A stretch of DNA of 64,000 bases from Eledone cirrhosa (taxonomy: Eukaryota). The stretch covers positions 128,650,001 to 128,714,000 of the forward strand of contig OZ024744.1 of the NCBI GenBank assembly GCA_964016885.1. Direction: 5' to 3'. Below are positions 21,801-34,300 of the stretch, one piece after another. Made by a program: the position numbers and the translations under genes. The notes beneath the pieces were generated by a model. It was not told the origin of the DNA. It saw only the letters and a program-made list of their open reading frames with translations, and ran no database searches. Positions within the stretch are counted from its first letter, which is position 1. Every line of letters starts with the position of its first letter.

Positions 21801-24800
21801 AAGTTAAGTTGGGGTTAAATTAAGTTGGGGTTAAATTAAGTTGGGGTTAAGTTAAGTTGGGGTTATGTTAAGTTGGTGTTAAGTTAAGTTGGGGTTAAGT
21901 TAAGTTGGGGTTAAGTTAAGTTGGGGTTAAGTTAGGTTGGTGTTAAGTTAAGTTGGGGGTAAGTTAAGTTGGGGGTAAGTTAAGTTGGTGTTAAGTTAAG
22001 TTGGGGTTAAGTTAAGTTGGGGTTAAGTTAAGTTGGGTTTAAGTTAAGTTGGGGCTAAGTTAAGTTAGGGCTAAGTTAAGTTGGGGTTAAGTAAAGTTAG
22101 GGCTAAGTTAAGTTGGGTTAAGTTAAGTTGGGGTTAATTTAACTTGGGGTTACATTAAGTTGAGGTTAAGTTAAGTTGGTGTTAAGTTAAGTTGGGGTTA
22201 ATTTAAGTTGGGGTTAATTAAGTTGGGGTTAATTTAAGTTGGGGTTAAGTTAAGTTGGGGTTAATTTCAGTTGGGGTTGAGTTAAGTTGGGGTTAAGTTT
22301 AGTTGGGGTTAATTTAAGTTGGGGTTGAGTTAAGTTGGGGTTAAGTTAAGTTGGGGTTAAGTTATGTTCGGGTTAAGTTAAGTTGGTGTTAAGTTAAGTT
22401 AGGGTTAAATTAAGTTGCGGCTAAGTTAAGTTGGGTCTAAGTTAAGTTGGGGTTAAGTTAAGTTGGGGTTAAGTTAGGTTGGTGTTAAGTTAAGTTGGGG
22501 GTAAGTTAAGTTGGGGGTAAGTTAAGTTGGTGTTAAGTTAAGTTGGGTTTAAGTTAAGTTGGGGCTAAGTTAAGTTAGGGCTAAGTTAAGTTGGGGCTGA
22601 GTTAAGTTGGGGTTAAGTTAAGTTGGGGTTGAGTTAAGTTGGGGCTAAGTTAAGTTGGGGTTTAGTTAAGTTGGGGTTAAGTTAAGGTGGGGTTAAGTTA
22701 AGTTGGGGTCAACTAAAGTTGGGGTTAAGTTAAGTTGGGGTTAACTTAAGTTGGGGTTAAATTAAGTTGGGGTTAAGTTAAGTTGGGGTTAAGTTAAGTT
22801 GGGGTTAAGTTAAGTTGCGGGTAATTTAAGTTGGGGTTAAGTTAAGTTGGGGTTAAGTTAAGTTGGGGGTAAGTTAAGTTGGGGGTAAGTTAAGTTGGGG
22901 TTAAGTTAAGTTAGGGTTAAGTTAAGTTGGGGTTGAGTTAAGTTGGGGTTAAGTTAAGTTGGGGTTATGTTAAGTTGGGGTTAAGTTAAGTTGGGGTTAA
23001 TTTAAGTTGGGGTTAAGTTAAGTTGCGGTTAAGTTAAGTTGGGGTTAAATTAAGTTGGGGTTAAGTTAAGTTGGGATTAAGTTAAGTTGGGGTTAAGTTA
23101 AGTTGGGGTTAAGTTAGATTGTTGTTAAGTTAAGTTGGGGTTAAGTTAAGTTGGGGTTAATTTAAGTTGGGGTTAATTTAAGTTGGGTCTAATTAAGTTG
23201 GGGTTAAGTTAAGTTGGGGTTAAGTTAAGTTGGGGTTAAGTTAAGTTGGGGTTAAGTTAAGTTGCGTTTACGTTAAGTTGGGGGTAAGTTAAGTTGGTGG
23301 TAAGTTAAGTTGGGGGTAAGTTAAGATGGGGTTAAGTTAAGTTGGGGTTAATTTAATTTGGGGTTAAGTTAAGTTAGGGTTAAGTTAAGTTGGGGTTGAG
23401 TTAAGTCGGGGTTCAGTTAAGTTGGGGTTATGTTAAGTTGGGGTTAAGTTAAGTTGGGGTTAAGTTAAGTTGGGGTTCAATTAAGTTGCAGGTAATTTAA
23501 GTTGGGGTTAAGTTAAGTTGGGGGTACGTTAAGTTGGGGGTAAGTTAAGTTGTGGTTAAGTTAAGTTGGGGTTAAGTTAAGTTGGGGTTAAGTTAAGTTG
23601 GGGTTAAGTTAAGTTGGGATTAAGTTAAGTTGGGGTTAAGTTAAGTTGGGGTTGAGTTAAGTTGGGGTTAAGTTAGATTATTGTTAATTTATTTTGGGGT
23701 TAAGTTAAGTTGGGGTTAAGTTAAGTTGGGGTTAATTTAAGTTGAGGTTAAGTTAAGTTGGTGTTAAGTTAAGTTGGGGCTAAATTAAGTTGGGGCTGAG
23801 TTAAGTTGGGGCTGAGTTAAGTTGGAGTTAAGTTAAGTTGGGGTTGAGTTAAGTTGCGGTTAAGTTAAGTTGGGGTTAAGTTAAGTTGGGGTTAAGTTAA
23901 GTTGGGGTTTATTTAAGTTGGGGTTCAGTTAATTTGGGGTTAAGTTAAGTTTGGGTTAAGTTGGGGTTAAATTAAGTTGGGGTTAAATTAAGTTGGGGTT
24001 AAGCTAATTTGGGGTTAATTTAAGTTGGGGTTAAGTTAAGTTGCGGGTAATTTAAGTCGGGGTTAAGTTAAGTTGGGGTTAAGTTAAGGTGGGGTTTAGT
24101 TAAGTTGGGGTTAAGTTAAGTTGGGGGTAAGTTAAGTTGGGGGTAAGTTAAGTTGGGGGTAAGTTAAGTTGGGGTTAAGTTAAGTCGGGGTTAAGTTAAG
24201 TTGGGGTTAAGTTAAGTTGGGGTTAATTTAAGTTGGGGTTAAGTTAAGTTGGGGGTAAGTTAAGTTGGGGGTAAGTTAAGTTAGGGTTAAGTTAAGTTGG
24301 GGTTGAGTTAAGTTGGGGTTAAGTTAAGTTGGGGTTATGTTAAGTTGGGGTTAAGTTAAGTTGGGGTTAAGTTAAGTTGGGGTTAAGTTAAGTTGCGGTT
24401 AAGTTAAGTTGGGGTTAAATTAAGTTGGGGTTAAGTTAAGTTGGGATTAAGTTAAGTTGGGGTTAAGTTAAGTTGGGGTTAAGTTAAGTTGGGGTTAAGT
24501 TAGATTGTTGTTAAGTTAAGTTGGGGTTAAGTTAAGTTGGGGTTAAGTTAAGTTGGGGTTAATTTAAGTTGGGGTTAAGTTATGTCGGGGTTAAGTTGAG
24601 TTGGGGTTAAGTTAAGTTGGGGTTAAGTTAAGTTGGGGTTAAGTTAAGTTGGGGTTAAATTAAGTTCGGGTTAAGTTAATTTGGGGTTGACTTAAGTTGG
24701 GGTTAACTTAAGTTGGGATTAAGTTAAGTTGGGGTTAAGTTAAGTTGGGGTTAAATTAAGTTCGGGTTAAGTTAAGTTGGGGTTAAGTTAAGTTGGGGTT

Positions 24801-27800
24801 AAGTTAAGTTGGGGTTAAGTTAGGTTGGGGTTAAGTTAAGTTGGGGGTAAGTTAAGTTGGGGTTAAGTTAAGTTGGGGTTAAGTTAAGTTGGGGGTAAGT
24901 TAAGTTGGGGGTAAGTTAAGTTGGGGTTAATTTAAGTTGGGTCGAATTAAGTTGGTGTTAAGTTAAGTTGGGGTTAAGTTAAGTTGGGGTTAAGTTAAGT
25001 TGGGGTTAAGTTAAGATGGGGTTTAGTTAAGTTGGGGTTAAGTTAAGTTGGGGTTACGTTAAGTTGGGGGTAAGTTAAGTTGGTGGTAAGTTAAGTTGGG
25101 GGTAAGTTAAGATGGGGTTAAATTAAGTTGGGGTTAAGTTAATTTGGGGTTGACTTAATTTGGGGTTGACTTAAGTTGGGGTTAACTTAAGTTGGGGTTA
25201 AGTTAAGATGGGGTTTAGTTAAGTTGGGGTTAAGTTAAGTTGGGGTTTAGTTAAGTTGGGGTTAAGTTAATTTGGGGTTAAGTTAAGTTGGTGGTAAGTT
25301 AAGTTGGGGGTAAGTTAAGTTGGGGGTAAGTTAAGTTGGGGTTAATTTAAGTTGGGTCGAATTAAGTTGGTGTTAAGTTAAGTTGGGGTTAAGTTAAGTT
25401 GGGGTTAAGTTAAGTTGGGGTTAAGTTAAGTTGGGGGTAAGTTAAGTTGGGGGTAAGTTAAGTTGGGGTTAATTTAAGTTGGGTCGAATTAAGTTGGTGT
25501 TAAGTTAAGTTGGGGTTAAGTTAAGTTGGGGTTAAGTTAAGTTGGGGTTGAGTTAAGTCGGGGTTAAGTTAAGTTGGGGTTATGTTAAGTTGGGGTTAAG
25601 TTAAGTTGGGGTTAAGTTAAGTTGGGGTTCAATTAAGTTGCGGTTAATTTATGTTGGGGTTAAGTTAAGTTGGGGTTAAGTTAAGTTGGGGTTAAGTTAA
25701 GTTGGGGTTAAATTAAGTTGGGGTTAAATTAAGTTGGGGTTAAGTTAAGTTGGGGTTATGTTAAGCTGGTGTTAAGTTAAGTTGGGGTTAAGTTAAGTTG
25801 GGGTTAAGTTAAGTTGGGGTTAAGTTAGGTTGGTGTTAAGTTAAGTTGGGGGTAAGTTAAGTTGGGGGTAAGTTAAGTTGGTGTTAAGTTAAGTTGGGGT
25901 TAAGTTAAGTTGGGGTTAAGTTAAGTTGGGTTTGAGTTAAGTTGGGGCTAAGTTAAGTTAGGGCTAAGTTAAGTTGGGGTTAAGTAAAGTTAGGGCTAAG
26001 TTAAGTTGGGTTAAGTTAAGTTGGGGTTAATTTAACTTGGGGTTACATTAAGTTGAGGTTAAGTTAAGTTGGTGTTAAGTTAAGTTGGGGTTAATTTAAG
26101 TTGGGGTTAATTAAGTTGGGGTTAATTTAAGTTGGGGTTAAGTTAAGTTGGGGTTAATTTCAGTTGGGGTTGAGTTAAGTTGGGGTTAAGTTTAGTTGGG
26201 GTTAATTTAAGTTGGGGTTGAGTTAAGTTGGGGTTAAGTTAAGTTGGGGTTAAGTTATGTTCGGGTTAAGTTAAGTTGGTGTTAAGTTAAGTTAGGGTTA
26301 AATTAAGTTGCGGCTAAGTTAAGTTGGGTCTAAGTTAAGTTGGGGTTAAGTTAAGTTGGGGTTAAGTTAGGTTGGTGTTAAGTTAAGTTGGGGGTAAGTT
26401 AAGTTGGGGGTAAGTTAAGTTGGTGTTAAGTTAAGTTGGGTTTAAGTTAAGTTGGGGCTAAGTTAAGTTAGGGCTAAGTTAAGTTGGGGCTGAGTTAAGT
26501 TGGGGTTAAGTTAAGTTGGGGTTGAGTTAAGTTGGGGCTAAGTTAAGTTGGGGTTTAGTTAAGTTGGGGTTAAGTTAAGGTGGGGTTAAGTTAAGTTGGG
26601 GTCAACTAAAGTTGGGGTTAAGTTAAGTTGGGGTTAACTTAAGTTGGGGTTAAATTAAGTTGGGGTTAAGTTAAGTTGGGGTTAAGTTAAGTTGGGGTTA
26701 AGTTAAGTTGCGGGTAATTTAAGTTGGGGTTAAGTTAAGTTGGGGTTAAGTTAAGTTGGGGGTAAGTTAAGTTGGGGGTAAGTTAAGTTGGGGTTAAGTT
26801 AAGTTAGGGTTAAGTTAAGTTGGGGTTGAGTTAAGTTGGGGTTAAGTTAAGTTGGGGTTATGTTAAGTTGGGGTTAAGTTAAGTTGGGGTTAATTTAAGT
26901 TGGGGTTAAGTTAAGTTGCGGTTAAGTTAAGTTGGGGTTAAATTAAGTTGGGGTTAAGTTAAGTTGGGATTAAGTTAAGTTGGGGTTAAGTTAAGTTGGG
27001 GTTAAGTTAGATTGTTGTTAAGTTAAGTTGGGGTTAAGTTAAGTTGGGGTTAATTTAAGTTGGGGTTAATTTAAGTTGGGTCTAATTAAGTTGGGGTTAA
27101 GTTAAGTTGGGGTTAAGTTAAGTTGGGGTTAAGTTAAGTTGGGGTTAAGTTAAGTTGCGTTTACGTTAAGTTGGGGGTAAGTTAAGTTGGTGGTAAGTTA
27201 AGTTGGGGGTAAGTTAAGATGGGGTTAAGTTAAGTTGGGGTTAATTTAATTTGGGGTTAAGTTAAGTTAGGGTTAAGTTAAGTTGGGGTTGAGTTAAGTC
27301 GGGGTTCAGTTAAGTTGGGGTTATGTTAAGTTGGGGTTAAGTTAAGTTGGGGTTAAGTTAAGTTGGGGTTCAATTAAGTTGCGGGTAATTTAAGTTGGGG
27401 TTAAGTTAAGTTGGGGGTACGTTAAGTTGGGGGTAAGTTAAGTTGGGGTTAAGTTAAGTTGGGGTTAAGTTAAGTCGGGGTTAATTTAAGTTGCGGTTAA
27501 GTTAAGTTGGGGTTAAGTTAAGTTGGGGTTAAGTTAAGTTGGGATTAAGTTAAGTTGGGGTTAAGTTAAGTTGGGGTTGAGTTAAGTTGGGGTTAAGTTA
27601 GATTATTGTTAATTTATTTTGGGGTTAAGTTAAGTTGGGGTTAAGTTAAGTTGGGGTTAATTTAAGTTGGGGTTAAGTTAAGTGGGGGTTAAGTTGAGTT
27701 GGGGTTAAGTTAAGTTGGGGTTAAGTTAAGTTGGGGTTAAGATAAGTTGGGGTTAAGTTAAGTTGGGGTTGAGTTAAGTTCGGGTTGAGTTAATTTGGGG

Positions 27801-29052
27801 TTAACTTAAGTTGGGGTTAACTTAAGTTGGGGTTAAGTTAAGTTGGGTTTATGTTAAGTTGGGGATAAGTTAAGTTGGGGTTAAGTTAAGTTGGGGTTCA
27901 ATTAAGTTGCGGTTAATTTAAGTTGGGGTTAAGTTAAGTTGGGGTTAAGTTAAGTTGGGGTTAAGTTAAGTTGGGGTTAAATTAAGTTAGGGCTAAGTTA
28001 AGTTGAGGTTATGTTAAGTTGGTGTTAAGTTAGGTTGGTGTTAAGTTAAGTTGGGGGTAAGTTAAGTTGGGGGTAAGTTAAGTTGGTGTTAAGTTAAGTT
28101 GGGGTTAAGTTAAGTTGGGGTTAATTTAAGTTGGGGTTAAGTTAAGTTGGGTTTAAGTTAAGTTGGGTCTAAGTTAAGTTGGGGTTAAGTTAAGTTGAGG
28201 TTAAGTTAAGTTGGGATTAAGTTAAGTTGGGGTTAAGTTAAGTTGGGGTTAAGTTAAGTTGGGGTTAAGTTAGGTTGGGGTCAAGTTATGTTGGGGGTAA
28301 GTTAAGTTGGGGGTAAGTTAAGTTGGGGTTAGGTTAAGTTGGGGTTAAGTTAAGTTGGGGTTAAGTTAAGTTGGGGTTACGTTAAGTTGGGGGTGAGTTA
28401 AGTTGGTGGTAAGTTAAGTTGGGGGTAAGTTAAGATGGGGTTAAGTTAAGTTGGGGTTAATTTAATTTGGGGTTAAGTTAAGTTAGGGTTAAGTTAAGTT
28501 GGGGTTGAGTTAAGTTGGGGTTAAGTTAAGTTGGGGTTATGTTAAGTTGGGGATAAGTTAAGTTGGGGTTAAGTTAAGTTGGGGTTCAATTAAGTTGCGG
28601 TTAATTTAAGTTGGGGTTAAGTTAAGTTCGGGTTAAGTTAAGTTGGGGTTAAGTTAAGTTGGGGTTAAATTAAGTTAGGGCTAAGTTAAGTTGAGGTTAT
28701 GTTAAGTTGGTGTTAAGTTAAGTTGGGGTTAAGTTAAGTTGGGGTTAAGTTAAGTTGGGGTTAAGTTAAGTTGGGTTTAAGTTAAGTTGGGGCTAAGTTA
28801 AGTTGGGGTTAAGTTAGGTGGGGTTAAGTTAAGTTGGGGTTAAGTTAGGTTGGTGTTAAGTTAAGTTGGGGGTAAGTTAAGTTGGGGGTAAGTTAAGTTG
28901 GTGTTAAGTTAAGTTGGGGTTAAGTTAAGTTGGGGTTAAGTTAAGTTGGGTTTAAGTTAAGTTGGGTCTAAGTTAAGTTGGGGTTAAGTTAAGTTGGGGT
29001 TAACTTAAGTTGGGGGTAAGTTAAGTTGGGTTTGAGTTAAGTTGGGGTTAAG
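9817..29052 (+). repeat. 16-bp satellite array, block 2 (contains inversion 10640-10872 and kb-scale duplications)
   Basis: Same 16-mer consensus; variant strings recur in order (AGATTGTTG at 18283, 20609, 23116, 24502, 27009). Confidence 0.99.
10640..10872 (-). repeat. Inverted (C-rich) satellite block 1, 233 bp, TTAA to TTAA
   Basis: Reads (CTTAACTTAACCCCAA)n; left junction GGGG-TTAA-CTTAACCCC, right junction CCCCAAC-TTAA-GTT. Confidence 0.97.
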
Positions 29053-31349
29053 TTAGGTTTTTCGAAAACCTTATATAATCATTTTTTTTTAGGTTTTTCG
29101 AAACACCTTATATAATCAATTTTTTTATGTTTTTCGAAAAACCTTATATAATCATTTTTTTTATACTTTTAGAAATATTTATATCTGATTTCAAATATTT
29201 ATTTTTCTAGGTTTTTCGAAAACCTTATATAATCAATTTTTTTTAGGTTTTTCGAAAAATGTTATATAATCAATTTTTTTTAGGTTTTTCGAAAAACCTT
29301 ATATAATCAATTTTTTTTTAGGTTTTTCGAAACACCTTATATAATCAATTTTTTTTAGGTTTTTCGAAAAACCTTATATAATCAATCTTTTTTAGGTTTT
29401 TCGAAAAACCTTATATAATCAATTTTTTTAGGTTTTTCGTAAAACCTTATATAATCAATTTTTTTAGGTTTTTCGAAAAACCTTATATAATCAATTTTTT
29501 TTAGGTTTTTCGAAATACCTTATATAATTAATTTTTTTTAGGTTTTTCGAAAAATCTTATATAATTAATTTATATCTGATTTCAAATATTGATTTTTTTA
29601 GGTTTTTCGAAAACCTTATATAATCAATTTTTTTTAGGTTTTTCGAAAAAGAATGAATTCATATTCGAAATATATACTTCTGCATTAATCTTTTTACGTT
29701 TTTCTGATTTTTTGCATGTTTTGAAATTTAAAAAAAACGTAAAAAATTAATGCTTTTACAAATATTTTGAAATATTTACTTTCTGGTTTCAAATTTTGCA
29801 AATTAAATTTTTTTCTAAAAAAATCAGTTTTCGAAATCAGAAGTTAATATTTCGAAAAACGCAATTTAAAAAACTCATATTAATTTTTTTTCGAATGAAG
29901 TTTTTTTATGCTTTTAGAAATATTTATATCTGATTTAAAATATTGATTTTTTTAGGTTTACCTTATATAATCAAACAAATTTTTTTAGGTTTTTCGAAAT
30001 ATCTTATATAATCAATTTTTTTTAGGTTTTTCGAAAAAGAATGAATTTGAGTTCATAGTCGAAATATATACTTCTGCATTAATCTTTGATTTTTTGCATG
30101 TTTTGAAATCTAAAAAAAACGTAAAAAATTAATGCTTTTACAAATATTTTGAAATATTTACTTTCTGGTTTCTAAGTTTGCAAATTAAATTTTTTTCGAA
30201 AAACCTAAAAAAATCAGTTTTTGAAATCAGAAGTTAATATTTCGAAAAACGCAATTTGAAAAACTCATATTAATTTTTTTTCGAATGAAGTTTTTTATAC
30301 TTTTAGAAATATTTATATCTGATTTCAAATATTGATTTTTTTAGGTTTTTCGAAAAAGAATGAATTTGAGTTCATAGTCGAAATATATATTTCTGCATTA
30401 ATCTTTTTACGTTTTTCTGATTTTTTGCATGTTTTGAAATTTAAAAAAAACGTAAAAAAACAATATTTCGAAAAACGCAATTTGAAAAACTCATATTAAT
30501 TTTTTTTCGAATGAATTCTTTTATACTTTTAGAAATATTTATATCTGATTTTAAATATTGATTTTTTTAGGTTTACCTTATATAATCAAATTTTTTTAGG
30601 TTGTTCGAAAAATCTTATATAATCAAATTTTTTTAGGTTTTTCGAAAAAGAATTTGAGTTCATAGTCGAAATATATACTTCTGCATTAATCTTTTTACGT
30701 TTTTCTGATTTTTTGCATGTTTTGAAATTTAAAAAAAACGTAAAAAATTAATGCTTTTACAAATATTTTGAAATATTTACTTTCTGGTTTCAAATTTTGT
30801 AAATTAAATTTTTTTCGAAAAACCTAAAAAAATCAGTTTTCGAAATCAGAAGTTAATATTTCGAAAAACGCAATTTAAAAAACTCATATTAATTTTTTTT
30901 CGAATGAATTCTTTTAGAAATATTTATATCTGATTTCAAATATTGATTTTTTTAGGTTTACCTTATATAATCAAATTTTTTTAGGTTTTTCAAAAACCTT
31001 ATATAATCAATTTTTTTTAGGTTTTTCGAAAAACCTTACATAATCAATTTTTTTTAGGTTTTTTCGAAAAACCTTATATAATCAATTTTTTACGTTTTTA
31101 GAAAAACCTTATATAATCAATTTTTTTTATACTTTTAGAAATATTTATATCTTATTTAAAATATTGATTTTTTTTAGATTTTTCGAAATACCTTATATAA
31201 TCAATTTTTCTAGGTGTTTCGAAAAACCTTATATAATCAATTTTTTTTAGGTTTTTCGAAAGACCTTATATAATCAATTTTTTTTAGGTTTTTCGAAAAA
31301 CCTTATATAATCAATTTTTTTAGGTTTTTCGACAACCTTATATAATCAA
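29053..31349. repeat. AT-rich composite repeat island 2 (short form, 2297 bp, four core units)
   Basis: Same junctions as island 1; left 37-bp array 29053-29644, core 29645-30953, right array 30954-31349. Confidence 0.97.
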
Positions 31350-34300
31350 GTTGAGTTTAAGTTAAGTTGGGATTAAGTTAAGTTGGGGTTAAGTTAAGAT
31401 GGGGTTAAGTTATGTTGAGGTTAAGTTAAGTTGGGGTTAAATTAAGTTGGGGTTAAGTTAAGTTGGGGTTAAGTTAAGTTGGGGTTAGGTTAAGTTGGGT
31501 TTACGTTAAGTTGGGGATAAGTTAAGTTGGGGTTAAGTTAAGTTGGGTTTAAGTTAAGTTGGGGTTAAGTTAAGTTGGGGTTAAGTTAAGTTGGGGTTAA
31601 ATTAAGTTGGGGTTAAGTTAAGTTGGGGTTGAGTGAAGTTGGGGTTAAGTTAAGTTGGGGTTAAATTAAGTTGGGGTTAAGTTAAGTTGTGGTTGAGTGA
31701 AGTTGGGGTTAAGTTAAGTTGGGGTTAAATTAAGTTGGGGTTAAGTTTAGTTGGGGTTGAGTTAAGTTGGGGGTAAGTTAAGTTGGGGGCAAGTTAAGTT
31801 GGGGTTAAGTTAAGTTGGGGTTAAGTTAAGTTGGGGTTAATTTAAGTTGGGGTTATGTTAAGTTGGGGTTAAGTTAAGTTGGGGTTAAGTTAAGTTGGGG
31901 GTAAGTTACGTTAGGGCTAAGTTAAGTTGGGGTTAAGTTAAGTTGGTGTTAAGTTAAGTTGGGGGTAAGTTACGTTAGGGCTAAGTTACGTTGGGGTTAA
32001 CTTAACCCCAACTTAACTTAACCCCAACTTAACTTAGACCCAACTTAACTGAGCCCCAACTTAACTTAACCCCAACGTAACTTAGCCCTAACGTAACTTA
32101 CCCCCAACTTAACTTAACACCAACTTAACTTAACCCCAACTTAACTTACCCCCAACTTAACTTACCCCCAACTTAACTTACCCCCAACTTAACTTAACCC
32201 CAACTTAACTTAACTTAACCCCAACTTAAGTTAAGTTTGGGTTAAGGTTGGGGTTAAATTAAGTTGGGGTTAAGTTAAGTTGGGGTTAAGTTAAGTTGGG
32301 GTTAAGTTAAGTTGGGGGTAAGTTAAGTTGGGGTTAAGTTAAGTTCGGGTTAAGTTAAGTTGGTGTTAAGTTAAGTTGGGGCTGAGTTAAGTTGGGGCTA
32401 AGTTAAGTTGGGTCTAAGTTAAGTTGGGGTTAAGTTAAGTTGGGGTTAAGTTAAGTTGGTGTTAAATTAAGTTGGGGTTAAATTAAGTTGGTGTTAAGTT
32501 AAGTTGGGGTTAAGTTAAGTTGGGGTTAATTAAGTTGGGGTTAAGTTAAGTTGGGGTTAAGTTAATTGGGGTTAAATTAAGTTAGGGTTGAGTTAAGTTG
32601 GGGTTAAGTTAAGTTGGGGTTATATTAAGTTGGGGTTAAGTTAAGTTGAGGTTAAGTAAAGTTGGGGTTCAGTTAAGTTGGGGTTAGGCTTAACTTAAGT
32701 TGGGGTTAAGTTAAGTTGGGGGTGAGTTAAGTTGGGGGTAAGTTAAGTTGGGGTTAAGTTAAGTTGGGGTTAAGTTGGGGTTAAGTTAATTTAGGGTTAA
32801 GTTAAGTTGGGGTTGAGTTAAGTTGGGGTTAAGTTAAGTGGTGGTTATGTTAAGTTGGGGTTAAGTTAAGTTGGGGTTAATTTAAATTGGGGTTAATTTA
32901 ACTTTGTGGTTAAGTTAATTTGGGGTTAATTTAAGTTGGGGTTAAGTTAAGTTGGCGTTGAGTTAAGCTGGGGTTAAGTTAAGTTGGGGTTAAAATAAGT
33001 TGGGGTTAAGTTAAGTTGGGGTTGAGTTAAGTTGGGGTTGAGTTAATTTGGGGTTAAGTTAAGTTGGGGTTAACTTAAGTTGGGTTTAATTTAAGTTGGG
33101 GTTAAGTTAAGTTGGGGTTATAATTAAGTTGGGGTTAAGTTAAGTTGGGGGTAAGATAAGTTGGGGTTAGTTAAGTTGCGGTTAAGTTAAGTTGGGGTTA
33201 AGTTAAGTTGGGGTTAAGTTAAGTTGGGGTTAAGTTAAGTTGGGGTTAATTTAAGTTGGGGTAAAGTTAAGTTGGGGGTAAGTTAAGTTGGGGTTAAGTT
33301 AAGTTGGGGTTAAGTTGGGGTTAAGTTAAGTTAGGGTTAACTTAAGTTGGGGTTGTGTTAAGTGGTGGTTATGTTAAGTGGTGGTTATGTTAAGTTGGGG
33401 TTAAGTTAAGTTGGGGTTAAGTTAAATTGGGGATAAGTTAAGTTGCGGTTAAGTTAAGTTGGGGTTAAGTTAAGTTGGGGTTAAGTTAATTAGGGTTAAG
33501 TTAAGTTGGGGTTAAGTTAAGTTGGGGTTAAGTTAAGTTGGGGTTAAGTTAATTTGTGGTTAAGTTAAGTTGGGGTTAAGTTAAGTTGGGGTTAAGTTAA
33601 GTTGGGGTTAAGTTAAGTTGGGGTTAAGTTAAGTTGGGGTTGAGTTAAGTTGAGGTTAAGTTAAGTCGGGGTTAAGTTAAGTTGAGGTTGAGTTAAGTTG
33701 GGGTTGAGTTAAGTTGGGGTTAAGTTAAGTTGGGGTTAAGTTAAGATGGATTTAAGTTAAGTTGGGGTAAAGTTAAGTTTGGGTTAATTTAAGTTGGGGT
33801 TAAGTTAAGTTGGGGTTGAGTTAAGTTGGGGTTGAGTTAAGTTGGGGTTAAGTTAAGTTGAGGTTAACTTAAGTTGGGGTTAAGTTAAGTTTGGGTTAAT
33901 TTAAGTTGGGGTTAAGTTAAGTTGGGGTTAAGCTAAGTTGGGGTTTATTTAAATTGAGGTTAAGTTAACTTGGGTTTGAGTTAAGTTGGGGTTAAGTTAA
34001 GTTGGGGTTAAGTTAAGTTGGGGTTAAGTTAAGTCGGGGTTAAGTTAAGTTGAGGTTGAGTTAAGTTGGGGTTGAGTTAAGTTGGGGTTAAGTTAAGTTG
34101 GGGTTAAGTTAAGATGGATTTAAGTTAAGTTGGGGTCTAGTTAAGTTGGGGTTATATTAAGTTGGGGTTAAGTTAAGTTGGGGTTAAGTAAAGTTGGGGT
34201 TCAGTTAAGTTGCGGTTAAGTTAAGTTAGGCTTAACTTAAGTTGGGGTTAAGTTAAGTTGGGGGTGAGTTAAGTTGGGGGTAAGTTAAGTTGGGGTTAAG

